Positions 27,206 to 41,600 of a stretch of DNA of 64,000 nucleotides are shown here, in pieces. The stretch lies in the NCBI GenBank assembly GCA_964035545.1, contig OZ037772.1:12708818-12772817 (forward strand). The letters are read 5' to 3'. The notes beneath the pieces were generated by a model. That model was not told the DNA's origin. It ran no database searches and was given only the letters and a program-made list of their open reading frames with translations. How positions within the stretch are numbered: position 1 is the stretch's first letter; the number at the start of each line of letters is the position of its first letter. Both the position numbers and the translations under genes were made by a program. Origin of the DNA: Bugula neritina. Taxonomy: Eukaryota > Animalia > Bryozoa.

Positions 27206-30200
27206 CACACACAGCTACTTCACTCCTCAAATGCTAAAACTATAGACAGCTGAAGGGTGCTTTGACATTTAGTTGTATTGTGAAAATATCATTAAAGTTG
27301 GAGTCTAAAGAGGACTGTGAAATATTCACAGAGGTTAGACTACCAGATTGCCAGTGAGAAACCAAACAGCTAAACTAAAACTGACTAATGTATTATAAGT
27401 CTATCTACATAGTACCATGTTTAAAGTATAGTATTAGGAACGTCCATGTTTAGCATGTTGACTATACATGTCATAATGTGTCTACTTGCTAAAATAAACA
27501 ATCAAGTTTATATATAGAGACTGCATTATTGAAAAATAAAGCTAAAAACTGCAGCTTATAATTTATATAATCAGATATTTCATAAGTAAGCTACAATTTG
27601 ATTTAAATGAGTGCATTTGAATCAAATGTAGTGAAACATATAGTATCGTGATAAATACTTCGAAATGTCTCAAAGTTTCCTCGCCATTACAGAGGGAACT
27701 CTCTTGAGTTGCTGGTAAGTCAACAAACACGTATCTGAACAACTTCTTTGCAGCCAGAAGGAAAGTCATATCTACACCTGTGAACATAGATAAGAGATAC
27801 ATATATATAGTGATTGGTGGATATAATGTAAAGTATCTGCCATGAGCTGTCCAGACCTATAAATCAGAGCTTATTGGTCTATTTATTATAAGCACAGCTA
27901 TTGGTTACTATAAAATGAAATTGCTGAGGATTGACTGACCATATTATAAATAAATTTCCAAAGTATTTAAATTGTTTAATAAATATAGGTATGTGTAAAA
28001 GTTTGACACCCCCCATCCCCCTATACTTGTAAATAGTTAAACAAGATTTTCAATCTCCTTATATAGTTTAAACGATTTGAAGTAATATTGTTATATATGG
28101 TTTTGCAGGCCTTTTCTAGTGTAAGTAAACATTTTTAAATAATTTTTAAGTGATAAACTATAATATACATGGAGTTCCTATATAAGATAATGTGAGATGA
28201 ATCACAAAACCAACTGTGCCGGTGGCAGCCTGCTGCCTAGCAGCCATTGGTGCTAATAGTTACTCAACTTAAATACACACAGAAACACTGATACGTTATG
28301 TGCAAAATCCTTTCCGTACACAAAAACTATCTCATTATACAATTTTTTTCATTTTGCTCACCAAATAAAGCTAAAATATCAAACCCTACAAAATTATGTT
28401 TCAGTGTCAAATTTGACTGCACAGAATTTTTAGCACCTCTCTATTGCTAAGCTTATGTTATACAATTAAAAATAATTTAATAAAGTTTCATTTGATATAA
28501 ATATTTAAAGGTTTTCAGTCTGTAGAACAATTCAGAAATTTCAAGCAAAGAAGTAAATTGGTAAAAAAATGGGGGGGGGGGAGGGTGTCAAAATCGTATA
28601 TTATTCTGATGGCCTGGCAAATCAATACAGGAAATGGTTTGTATGTTATGTTATGTTATGCATTAGTTTGCCTTTATATAGAAAAATTATATTAAACAGT
28701 GCAGGTGAAATTAGCAAAATATATTAGCAAGTATTCCTCAACATTTACTTAATTGTTTATTACACGGTAAATGGCATAAAGTTACCCAGACACATACAGC
28801 AGGTTCTCATAGAATTTACACACTTCATACTGTAAACAGCATATTTTTATTGTATATAAGTCGACTCACTGTCAACTCCCAGACTTTCTCCATCTGAACC
28901 ATCAGTAACCTTGGATCCTGGTCCAGGTACAGCAAAAGTGGCAATTTCTTGAAAAGTCTTTTTAATACCAGATGCAAACCGTCTTATGACATCAGACTCA
29001 GCATTATCAGCCTAGAAATATTAAGATTAATAATAAAGTTAACTTTACCTAAATAAGTAAATTGTGCTTGTACTCTTTTAATGTAAGCATTATGTAATAA
29101 GCTGAACTTTATTAGGTTAATAACGCCAATCAAGAACACCTAGCCATGAAAAATTAAGCTGCTGTAAAAACAAAACAATTTTGGCAGCCAAAACTGAACT
29201 TAGCTAGGGCAGCATATTGCAGTTATAACATGCTGGGAAGCAATTTTAAACTTCTTTAGTCTTGTGTCATGAAATGTAAAAGCAAAAATTAGAATTCATC
29301 ATTTAGAATCTGCATAGCAGAGTATATAGGAGATGCTATTCTTACAATTCTAGTAAACAGGAAGTCTTTCTTCCCGTATTCTTTGTCCCCATTGTAGTCT
29401 CTCAGCAGGTAAAGGAGTGAACAGTTTAACAGTGGATTTTCAGGGTCTAAATCTGAGAAATGCTGACACATCTAAAAATAAACCTATAATTGTTTCAGAG
29501 TCACTCTACAACATGATATGAAGTGCATTCATACAGTAGCTATAAAACATTAACCTGTATACAACTTATAACTAAGTTGCCAAATATTCAGTCAAGCACA
29601 GTTGCAATTGAATTATGCAGTATAGCCTATAATAAAAAGAACATTAAGTGACTTATTAACAAATTACAACTTCCACTTAATGAAAGGTCACCTTATTTTT
29701 ATACTTTTTAACTGAACCTTACCCTGGTTCTAAGAAATGTTTTTAAATAAAGTTTTTATATCTCTAAGTGGTCACCATAAATATAGTCCATCAACAACTT
29801 ACATCAATCCTTTCCAAATCATTGGTTTGTAGAACACTTTTTAGGTTCAGTATCTGAACATTTGCCAGTTGTAGTCCGAGGTACAAAATCAAGTTGTCCA
29901 AAGTTGGGGTGCTCATCAGACTGTCCCCTGTTCCTTGGCAATCAACCAGCACTATCACAATCTAAACACCAACAACATATTACAATTAAAAGGGCAGTTT
30001 ACTATCTTGGAAGTGTGTAAGCCTGCATGCTTATATAGCAATCTGGTGTCACCTACAGCTGACTGTTTGCCAACATTTCAATATTATATCTTGTGACTCT
30101 AACTTTGATTCTCTACATGTATTAGAACACCATGAGTACAATCATAAGCAATTCTATCTCTGACAATGCCTTTCAGGACATATAAGTTGTACAGTCTTGT

Positions 30201-31810
30201 TAAAAAGTTTGTTCAGTCGGAGTGTTGAAAAATAATGCAAGTCATTTTATTAGTATTGAGCCACTAATTCTTTATCAGTGACAGTGCTATTTCTGTTTGA
30301 TTCTGGACAAACTGAGCTGAAAATTTTTCTGGCAGATATTCATTGTTGTTGTATCGTAATTTTGAATTTGTCAATTTTCTTCTCTTGCTATGCGCAGAAA
30401 GCAGTACAACTATTATAATTTAAGTATAAAACTAGCTGCTGCAACATAATAGCATAGTGTTATAGGCGTGGCCTATACAATATGCTACTACTATATAACA
30501 ATATATTATTATTTGGTTAGTGCATAAATAAAAAGCCAAAAACTCTCAATTCCAATTTATATATTAATGACTCTGAATATAAAATACTTATGAGGCTGTC
30601 AAAATATTCAATTGTGTTTGTTACGGTTCCAGAGGTAAAGTTGTTTGGTGTTTTTGTGTTTAGATTCAGAGTTTTAAGCTTTGCCTCACACACCTGAGAT
30701 TTTTTAGTTAAGTGAGATTGGTCAATTAAAAACCCCAATAACATGCAAAACATTGGTATATTATACATTTCCATCTATAGTCAGATTGGGACGTTTTATT
30801 CACTAGATTCAATTATAGAAACATGTATATATAAGTCAATCAGATTGTTTTAAATATGATATCGTATATACTGCATATTTTATTCGATTTAGAAAATATT
30901 TGTACAGATAATAAACTTACATCATTGATTAGAAACCCTCTGTTCCAAATCCAGATTCCATGAGTCACAGACTCTGTACTCTGCTTCCATTTCCCACCTT
31001 CTATTTTTTCTTTTGATTTCTCCCAATCTGTGTCGTCTCCAAACTTGAACAGAAATTAAAATACAATTGTTTTAAATCACATGCATTACTAAATTAGATT
31101 GCTTTGAATATGCTAATAATAATTTAGTAAGTGTGATCTTCACCATATGGCTTCATGCCCTCTCTATGGTCAGGAAATTTATTATGTTTATATCTAATTA
31201 TTTAAAATTATCTGCTTTAATCTGTTTTTGTTTAATGCCAACAATTAATTAGTTTGTTGATGGGCAGCTTTTTAGTATTTTGTATTTTGGATGAGTTAAA
31301 AAATTGACTATGAAATAGTTTAAAACCTGGAGCTCACTTATTATACTCTATAATAAGAAGTTGTCTGTCACTTACAAAATATACAGCTTTAGTAAAGACT
31401 ACAGTGTGGTATGTAAAGAAGTATAAGGAGTGTCTCAAATTGTATATTAGTCGGTCAAAAATGAACCGATGATTTATTATAGAAATAATTTACATCATGA
31501 ATCTTGAGTCCTCTTGTTTTCCTATGCAAGATCCTATTACACTAGATAAAATACTGTTACTAACTTCCTGGTAGTGGTCCAGATACGTCTGCATGAGATT
31601 CAAGAGAAAAGATTTCCCTGATCTGTAGACACCAGTTATTGACACCAAGAAGAATTTCTTCTCTCTGAATGCAACATTAGCATTTATCAGCGCTTTAATT
31701 TCTTGTACCTGGAATAAGGGAGTATCTCCTTCCCCGATGTTATTCTTATTTGGTAATCTGATCAGCTGGGTTGAATGCTCCGGTCTGATCTGAAGATCAT
31801 GTGCTTTTTT
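24548..31810 (-). CDS. Spliced atlastin/GBP-family large GTPase with a long C-terminal coiled coil and no TM hairpin (5' end unresolved)
   Basis: GT-AG exons 31565-31810 (P-loop GVYRSGKS), 30921-31043 (THGIWIW), 29803-29961 (DCQG), 29346-29471 (LLRD), 28870-29011 (FAVPGPG), 27659-27777, 26882-27007, possibly about 26771-26830, 25374-25507, 24548-25286; phases all compatible, no internal stops. Confidence 0.9.
25783..26499 (-). mobile_element. Solo LTR in a GTPase intron
   Basis: TG...CA; TSD ATAT (25779-25782, 26500-26503); minus-strand TATAAAAGG and AATAAA; GAAnnTTC motif cluster. Confidence 0.8.
27102..27212. repeat. (CA)n microsatellite
   Basis: Read directly. Confidence 0.95.
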
Positions 31811-32015
31811 CTAAGAAAGATACCTCTTTATATACCAACACCAGTAAATACCTTTAGTCTTGATAGCAGATTTTATGCTCACAAGTTATTTCCATAATTC
31901 AGCTATGCAAAATCAAAACCCATAACAGTTGTAGCATACCCAAAATGTGACTGGTCCCAAAACAGTAAAGTTTTACAAACTAAAGGTCTTTCAAAACTAA
32001 ACCTTTTAAAGTTTT

Positions 32016-33897
32016 TTAGATTTCAAAATTTCCAGTTATCTTCATGAATAGCAGGCAAGTTACAAGGGTCATAAGTATTAAAAATACAACCTTTTGAAGT
32101 AAGTTTAGGCAGCTTGTTAAGGTGATGCCTGTGTTCAATGCTGTCGTGGGTGTGTTTGTTACTGGGGGAGTTTCATTGTTAAAATATACAATCATATTGT
32201 TGTATATTTTTATGCAGTGAAGCTACTAATTTGTGGGTTATGTGTGTGTTGCAAAGCTAGAACATACTCTTTGTGTGTTTAAGAGAGAGAACTGGAATTG
32301 TAATCAGTGGGAGAATAAACTATATTATTTATATTACTTTACAATTACAGTTACATCGAGATAAGAGTCATTTACATCAGTAAAAGCTACACACTAGCAA
32401 TCACATTAACCCCCTGTTCACTCCTACAGTACACGTTTCTCGATATCAAATCTTCCCGTTCCTTTTTTCTCTACCACTGCAGGTCAAAGAAGTACATGTT
32501 ATCAGGAATCAGTGCTTTGGAACAGGTTAAAACCTGAGCTTAAAAATCAGTCTAATCCCAGTGTATTCATGCAGGGCGGGTGTAAGGTTTTGCCTTCTTG
32601 CCGGAGAGCTATGACTTAACTTAACTGACTTACTTTACTGACTTACTTAACCGACTTAACTTAATTCACATAACTTGACTGACTATACTGACTAATTGTT
32701 AATCATTTTAGGCCCTGCGCTTTCACTAGCCTCTGCTATGGCGCACCATTGGGCCTCATCATTACCTCCTTTGGGTGATCCCTTGTATTCTTTTTACTTT
32801 ATGTATATATTGATGAAATAAACAAACAAACAAACAAACACATTGCCGTATCGCAAACCGTAACAGTGATGACAAAATGGCATCGCTGTTACATTTTGTC
32901 AACAGGCGTTCACACATTGACGTAAAAGTACAATGCATGACGATGAGCTGTGACTAATCATAATAAAGCTATAACTCTTGTCTGCAGTGACTTGTACGCC
33001 TTTTGATATTATTCACTTATTTGTCGAAACATTCTTTTCAGAAGATATGATAAAAATGTTATTGACTAGATAAAATCAATTTAAATAGGAAGTCTCTTTT
33101 TTAAATATATGAGTCTTTAAAATAATTGTGCAAACTAATTTGAATAATAAGTATTTAAGCCGTCTATATAATTTTTAAGTTTTTGGTTTGCTTGCTTTTG
33201 TAATTTTTAAGCTGAGTTTAATTCAAAAAACCGTAAAAATTTTTTAATCCTTTAAAACTTTTGAATTAGTTAAATTAAATCAACAATAAGCGATTAAAAT
33301 AAACTAGCGAAATGTTCTTTAACTTTTAGTACTAGATCAGCTCTACCCAATAGGAGCCCGACATTATTTTTTGAATAAAGCACTGCTTGATCCACGCCGC
33401 AGCGTGTACCGGTGTACGATTCAGCCTGGATGTGATCAAAGTAGGCGGACATTTGCTGTTACGGCGTACGTTACGACAATGTATGAGCAGGGGTTAAGAA
33501 TCCTACTAGCCAAGTGTCACTGAGCGTACAGAACCTCCTGCTTATAAAGGAGGGCTTCATGCTGATTGGCCCTGCGGATTCAGGTTGTCAAGCCGCAGCA
33601 TGGGCTGCCGTGTGGCATCCCAGAGTGCCGTGGCATGAGTAGATTGAACATAATACAATAATTAGTCATAATACAGAACGCATAGGTTAAGTTCCAGGTA
33701 TACGAAGAGGGAAGGGGGTAGCACGATATATCCTATGGCCATCAATACAGTTCTTAACTCTAAGTTGTTGCACTAGCCTTGCACTAAGCAACTGAAATTG
33801 AAACAACTTCATATGTTTCACAATATATAAAGTATTATTATATAAACTATTTAATATAATTATACAAATATATATATTTCATATTATAATCACATAG

Positions 33898-33988
<91 letters not shown>

Positions 33989-36900
33989 ATATATTTTATA
34001 TTATTACCTAAATATGTAATATAGTTTATCTCACGTGCAAGTTTATAGTCGCTATCTCTGTGAGAAACCCCTGATGAAAAGGGTTTTTGTTAGAACGGGC
34101 TAAGGACTTAATTGTTCAAATGAGGCACAGGAGCAATTATGATTGGATGCTCTTCTTAACATCACCAATGGCTTTTAACAGGGTTCGAACCCATAACTTT
34201 GTGTTCATAAAGCAGCCGCTTTAACCTCTAGACTACGGGGTTGATATACAGTTTATATTATTATATAAATATGTGACCTGGCACCACAAAACAAGGGATG
34301 TATATAAAATGTTGGAAACCTAGTTATTATTATGGAGTGATAGAGCAGACTTTTCCAAACATTTTGCACTTTATTTGAAGTCTCTAGCATCAATAGAACT
34401 CGAGATATCAGTATTTAAAAACTTGAACGTTTTTAGAATTTCTAAATTACTGTTTCGAGAAAATCGCGTTTAAAGTTGGCAACTCTAGAATAAGTTGAGA
34501 ATTATTTGTTTACAATTTACAAGCCTTAGCAACGGGTCTTTGTATAATAGGAATAGTGACAAATTTGGTATCAAAATAATTGTGAAAGTTTGGGCTTTCT
34601 GTTAAACTAAATTTCATGCTGCCTCAACATAAAATTAGGTCAAATATGGCCGCCAAACTTTTTGTCGAATTTATTTGTCAATTCGCTTTTTACTTTGTTT
34701 AATGGTTGAAAGGTTTAACAGTTCCAGCAAAGAAGAGGATGTTTCAGCAAGTTTGTGTGTTGAGATATTTAAATTAGGCATCCAAGTCAGCAGGAAATCA
34801 CATAAAACAAAATGGCAGCTGCTTCCTCTTATACATTGAATATCTCTCTTTCCTCTAATATATTGTGTAATATATCAAACTGCAGCTATTGAGCTGTGCT
34901 GTTTCATAATTATTGCTAAATGAGTAGAACACTTATGAGAAAATTATTTGAATATTATGAGATTATGCGAGGTTCATTCATAAATATCTTTATAATCTCT
35001 AACGGCAACTAAATTTAGCAATTGATTTGGCCGAAATGTTGAAAATATAAACATAAAATCAGCTATTAGAACTTTTGAGTTTTATTAGGCATTAATATTC
35101 CCATTTAAAACATCAAATACATTATTTTAAAAAACCAATTAAATGCAGTAAAAAATCCAGCCTGGATACAACCATTATGCTTGAATTAACTCTTATCAAG
35201 AAAAGAAAATTAGATAGCTTCTACGGTTTTTGCAAAGAAGGCACTTTTCATCTTTCTACTTTCTTGGTCTTCATAATATGAGTTTACGGAGTATGGACAC
35301 ATAACATCATGTATGTGGCAAAAGCTTCATCACTATCATCAGCTGATTTTCTAGCAATTAGAGATGCTGCTACTTGACCTCCATCCTGCCAATCTACCCA
35401 CTTATTGTCTATTCCAGAGCTGAAAGTACAATGTTGACTTTTTTTAAATAACAAAAGGAAACGGTAGCTTGATTAGAAATTATACCCAGTTATATTACAA
35501 AAATTTAGTTGGCTAAACACTCTTGTGGTACTATTATGGCAGCAGTTAATTGTGATCCTGCATTTCATCAACGTTTAAATTTATTGAATTAAACAGAACA
35601 ATTTGAATTAAAAAAATGCTTGATAATTTTCAAGCACATCATTAAAAGACTGCAAACCTTTTTATGAATGAAATAAGCAGAAGCCATAACCTTGCAAGCC
35701 AAAATTCGGAGTGTCTACATTAGAAGTATTAGATTGATAGGTAGCAGAGTTGTGTAGGTATAAGTCTTCACTCTAATGCCCTCACAAGTGCACTTTCTAA
35801 AATGTACAGAATATAGGATTATTCTATATTAACATAGTATTATCAGTAAAATTACACATTATGCACTTGAATATCTAGCATCTCTGCAATTGGCAATTTT
35901 GAAGCAATGTCTTTAGATAACTATTAACCACTCAGGCATTTAATTGAGTAAAAAAGCTAGCTAAGTGCAATTGAATCTATTAAAGACATTTACTATAAAA
36001 TCAATTTGAATTCAATAAATTACTTTAAAATATGAATAAATTTTTGCTCATCTTATAATAAAATTAAAAAGTTTAGACTATTTATGTATTCAGTTAGTGT
36101 TACTACTCACTAAATAGGACTAAAAGTAACTTACTGAAAAACTAAGTCAGTCAACTATAGAATCATCATGAACTCGCATTAATATTTTATCATTATACTC
36201 ATTTACATTTAGTCACATTTATCATTTCAATTTGGTTATAGGTGATGCTTTTATCAATATAAATATGATTATCAATTGAGTTTTGATAGTAACACTAACT
36301 GTAAGCCTGCATAATGTGATAAAGATTTTATCATTATATTTTAAATCAAACTTTGAGCTAATTTAAAAATCACAAAAGGAACCGGTAGTTTGACTAGTAC
36401 TAGTAGGCCTAATGTTAATACTAATAGTAATAGTAATCAGTAACTGTATTGACAAAATCTAAGACAGAGGCTAAAAGTTACTAAGACTAAGAGTAAGAGT
36501 AAGTCTAATGTAAATTGAAATATTAACTATAGAATAAATCAATAAATATAATACTATCAGTATGAGTATCAAGTTTTAAGAGCAAAGGCGAAACTCAGAG
36601 TCAGACTCAAATACTAATACAGTAATACTAATGAGTAATAAGTAATAGTAAGAGTGAATTTATAATTATTAATTATTTATACTTATACTATAAGTATAAG
36701 TAATTAATAATTATAAATTCACTCTTACTATTACTTATTACTTATTACTAATGTAAATGTAATACTAATAATATTAGTATTACATTTACTGTATTAGTAT
36801 TTGAGTCTGACTCTGAGTTTCGCCTTTGCTCTTAAAACTTGATACTCATACTGATAGTATTATATCATTCATGATTTACTGATACTGGTATTTGGTAGTA

Positions 36901-37832
36901 AAACCAAATGTAACTCATTAATATTAATAGTATAACTATAACTTATAGTTATAGTTATACTATTATTATTAATCATAATGAGTTACATTTGGTTTTACTA
37001 CCAAATACCAGTAAATCATGAATGATAATCATTATGATTATCATCATGAGTAACCGTACCTCAAACTGTGAGTCATAGTGAGAGTCATTTAAATAGTTAC
37101 TAGTTGAGTAGTAGTACTAGTAGTAGTATAGAATAGAATAGACTAAGACATACTGATAGTGATACTCCTACGGCTACTCCTAGTGATACTGATAGTACAA
37201 ATATTAATAAATTGATAACTACAAATAATCTTGGCAACAATTCTAAGTTAGTAGCGTAAATGATTGTTTTGAGTATAATTACCTGTATTGTTGCGGTTTT
37301 CAAGCTTGAACGCTAAAGATAAAGATTAAGTTCAGCATTTATCACCAAAGGGCAAAACAGCTCAGTAACTTAAAAGCTAACTTTGGATGGAACGCGATGA
37401 AAAACTAAACTTAGCCTTCGATTTTTAATATGATGTTTCTGACAGTACGAAGAAAGAGGTGGAAGCTAAATTTATTTGATAAAAAATAAATTTGCAAGAT
37501 CTCACGCTATGAAAATGACTAAAATTGTCCTCTTTCTTTAATTGATAACTTCGCAATTTTTTCATCATTTAGAAAATTGAAAGCCTTAGTTACCAACTTT
37601 AAATGCAATTTTAGAGCTGAAGGAATCATTAAATGCTTACGAAAGTATGATTTTTGAAATCCTTGGATTTTTTTGCATTAGAAAAGTTTAAAATCTAAAA
37701 ATTGGAAATTAATTTCAAATTTAAGTATTTCCAAATTAAGCCTTCATTTACTACACTTAATAAACGCCGCCACATCCCCGGTTTTGTCGCGACTGGTCAC
37801 ATATATATAATACATTTCTTATTATTGCATAA

Positions 37833-37871
<39 letters not shown>

Positions 37872-37896
37872 ATAATTGTATCGTTGCTCTTTTCCT

Positions 37897-37991
<95 letters not shown>

Positions 37992-38194
37992 GTTATATAT
38001 ATACGTGTATATATAACACGTATATGTATATATACATATATATACATATACGTGTTATATATACACGTATATATATAACATATGTATATATACATATATA
38101 TATATATTTATATATATATATATAACATATGTATATATACATATATATATATTTATATATATATAACATATATGTATATATACATATATATATA

Positions 38195-38292
<98 letters not shown>

Positions 38293-38311
38293 AGGAAAAG
38301 AGCAACGATAC

Positions 38312-38379
<68 letters not shown>

Positions 38380-38437
38380 GTTATATATATACGTGTATAT
38401 ATAACACGTATATGTATATATATGCATATATATATAC

Positions 38438-38475
<38 letters not shown>

Positions 38476-38566
38476 GTATATATATGTATATATACATATA
38501 TATACATATACGTGTTATATATACACGTATATATAACGTATATATATAACCTATGTATATATACAT

Positions 38567-38611
<45 letters not shown>

Positions 38612-41600
38612 AGCAAGGTCTCGCCACAAAAATGGTTTTGGTACGGACTGAGAAGAAGTTTTAACAAATCTCTCACTTTTATTAATTTTCTTCTAAATCG
38701 TAAAAACTACAAGTAACATAAAGAATACATATAGGTGTGCTAAAACTCATACAATACAGTTGTTCAAATACCAGCAAACATCACGATATAATATTAAAAT
38801 ATAACAGCAATAAAAATTGTAATAAAAGACATAAAGCATTATCAAGTTAAAAATAGCAAAGAATAATAATAAAATACCTTTATTCTCTTGACGAGCTTGC
38901 TATAATATCTTCAAAATTTAGCTCTTTGTCACTTAACTTAACAAAATAAGTAGCTCAGCTTAGGCTACATGAGTGACTGTCTTTTTGGAGTTTCAATGCT
39001 GCCTTAAATACCAGGGCAATCACAAAGAAAAGGTAATTACATCTAAATTTAGCTATAATTAGGGTCAGCTAACTATGGGGCACATGTAATAACCTCATAA
39101 AGGAAGATGGATCAGTTCCTGTCAAACCCATAAAAGCTGACTTCAACAAAGGTGGCGGTTAGGCTTTACCAATTATTAGGCAGCTGACTGCTGCACAGGA
39201 GAATGAACTATCTAATAATAACAAATATCACCATTAAAAGCTAAAAATAAAAGTTCTAGTGGTATTTGTAACAAGGGCTATCATGCTTCTTTGTTAGATC
39301 CTTTACACTCCCCCCTTTAATTTCACTCAGGGAAATTAACTAAACTGATTCAAAAAAATTAACTTTCAGTAGGTTCTAATTCATTTAGGGCACGTATCAA
39401 ATTTAGGAGGGCCTAAACAAGAAGATTAGTTTTTGAATTGGCCTCTCAAGCTGTGTTTCTGATTTTATTCTTCTACCCTTTCTGTCTAACTTTTCTGCAT
39501 CAGCTATGCTAAGCCTAACTCTCCTAACTAAGTTGTCATCACTAGGAAATACTTCCACTACTCTGCCTAATGGCCAATCTCGCCTGTTTTTGTCATCACT
39601 AACTAAAAGTACTACATCTCCCACAGCAATGTTAGCAGCCCTTTTCAACCATTTTGGCCTGGATTGAATTTGTTGCAAATAATGAGTGCGCCAACGTTTC
39701 CAAAATTGATTTACCAACCCTTGAACTACTCTCCAACGTTTTCTACAGTATACATCTTGTTCATCAAATTGACCAGGAGGAGGCAACACTACTTTGGACT
39801 TCATAGTTAATAGTTGGTTGGGAGTTAGTGGCATTGGGTAACTTTCATCTGTTTGAGATATTAGTGGCCTGCAGTTAACTATTGCCATTACCTCATATAA
39901 TAAAGTCCGCAGTGTACTAGTATCTAGCCTTGTGCTGTTTATAGCTAGCATTGAGTTTAAGACAGACCTGATTGTTCTTATGTGGCGCTCCCAGACACCA
40001 CCCATGTGACTTGAGTGGGGAGTGTTTGTAACCCACTCGAAGCTATTACTTTCAGAAAAGCTTTCAATTTTTCTAGTTGCTTCTTTTGCAACACTTGCTA
40101 GCTCATTAGCAGCACCTATAAAATTAGTTCCCCTATCAGTGTGTAATTGTCTGATGGGCCCTCTAATAGCTATGAAACAGCGCAATGCATTTATAAAGGC
40201 ATCAGTAGATAAATCGTCCACTAACTCAATGTGAATAGCCCTAGAAGCCATGCATGTGAATATAACCCCATATTTTTTTAATTCTTTTCTGTTATCCTTA
40301 ACAACAAATGGGCCAAAACAATCACTGCCTACATATGTGAATGGAGGGGTTGGTTCTATTCGTTTAGATGGTAAATCTGCCATTTTTTGAATTTCTGGTG
40401 CACTTCGTGTTTTCCTACATGTGACACAATTAGCTATTTGAGAGGAGACCAAAGAATTACAGCCTAAAATCCAATAGCCTGAATTTTGAATTTGAGCAAT
40501 TGTCATCCCTCGACCTTGGTGCATTACTTGTTTGTGACAGTGGTCAACTACTAACTTAGTGATGTGAGACTTTTTTGGCAAAATAATAGGGTGCTTTTCA
40601 CCATAGGCAAGGCTTGAATTTTTTAGTCTTCCCCCTACTCTTAGCATATCATTTTTATCAGTAAATGGGTCAAGTTTGAGTATTTTGTTACTCTTGGTAA
40701 CTTTTCCAGCCTTAATTTCCTTGCATTCATTAGCTAGGAACTCCATTTGAGCCCATTTTAAAATTTGCATCTTTGCCTTTTCAGTTGATGCCACATCTGA
40801 CATAACTGTGGTTTTGGTTTGTTTACATTTAGCCCTAGCTATCTTTTGTAGTGTACTAATTGCTCTAACAGCTGATGAGAGGCTAGAGAAAGCTTTGAAT
40901 TTCTCATTCCATGATTTACTGAGGTCATTTACTGCAACAACATGTGTGGTGGCTTTGACCTCTGGGTCATCACTAGCAATATCAAATTTGTTCCGAGTGG
41001 TTAGCATGTGAGTCAAATCTGGCTCGTGTAGAAAGCCAGGCCCATTGAACCAACAGGAATCTAGCAACTTGGCAATAGATGAAATTCCCCTAGATGCTAT
41101 ATCAGCTGGGTTAGATTGTGTGTTAATGTACTGCCATTGGTTAGGTGTACTAAGATCTCTAATTTGTTGCACTCTATTTGCAACATAAACATGAAACCTC
41201 TTTACCTCATTGGTTATGTAGCCTAGAACAACTTTTGAATCTGTCCAAAATATTTCATCTGTGATATTTTCAATTTTAAGATCTGCTTTAAGAGAATCAG
41301 CCAATTTTGCAGACATTACAGCTGCTTGTAGTTCAGCCTGAGGTATGGTTACTGACTTATTCAATGGAATTACTCTGGATTTAGCGCTAAGCAAAGCAAC
41401 ATGAACATCACCATGGTTGTTTACAAGTCTGATATAGGAGCATTGACCATAACCTATTGCACTAGCATCTGAAAAGTGATGCAGCTCAGTTTTCACAATT
41501 GTATCAAAATTAGCAGGATATATGCATCTAGGTATTGCTACATTGTCTAGCATGTTAAATTCATGTTTCCAGGAGAGCCACTGAGCACTAACATCTTCAT

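Larger units (their letters stand above)
32198..33725 (-). mobile_element. Solo LTR interrupted by a MITE
   Basis: TG start, probable TSD ATAT, minus-strand CCAAT and TATA; layout resembles the LTRs at 508 and 1081. Confidence 0.55.

Noticed and set aside
31852-31902. Small ATG-containing exon as the GTPase start
   Set aside because: Stops in all frames and the following intron would be only 41 nt
37757-38664. Ile/Tyr-rich ORFs
   Set aside because: Translations of (TA)n microsatellite
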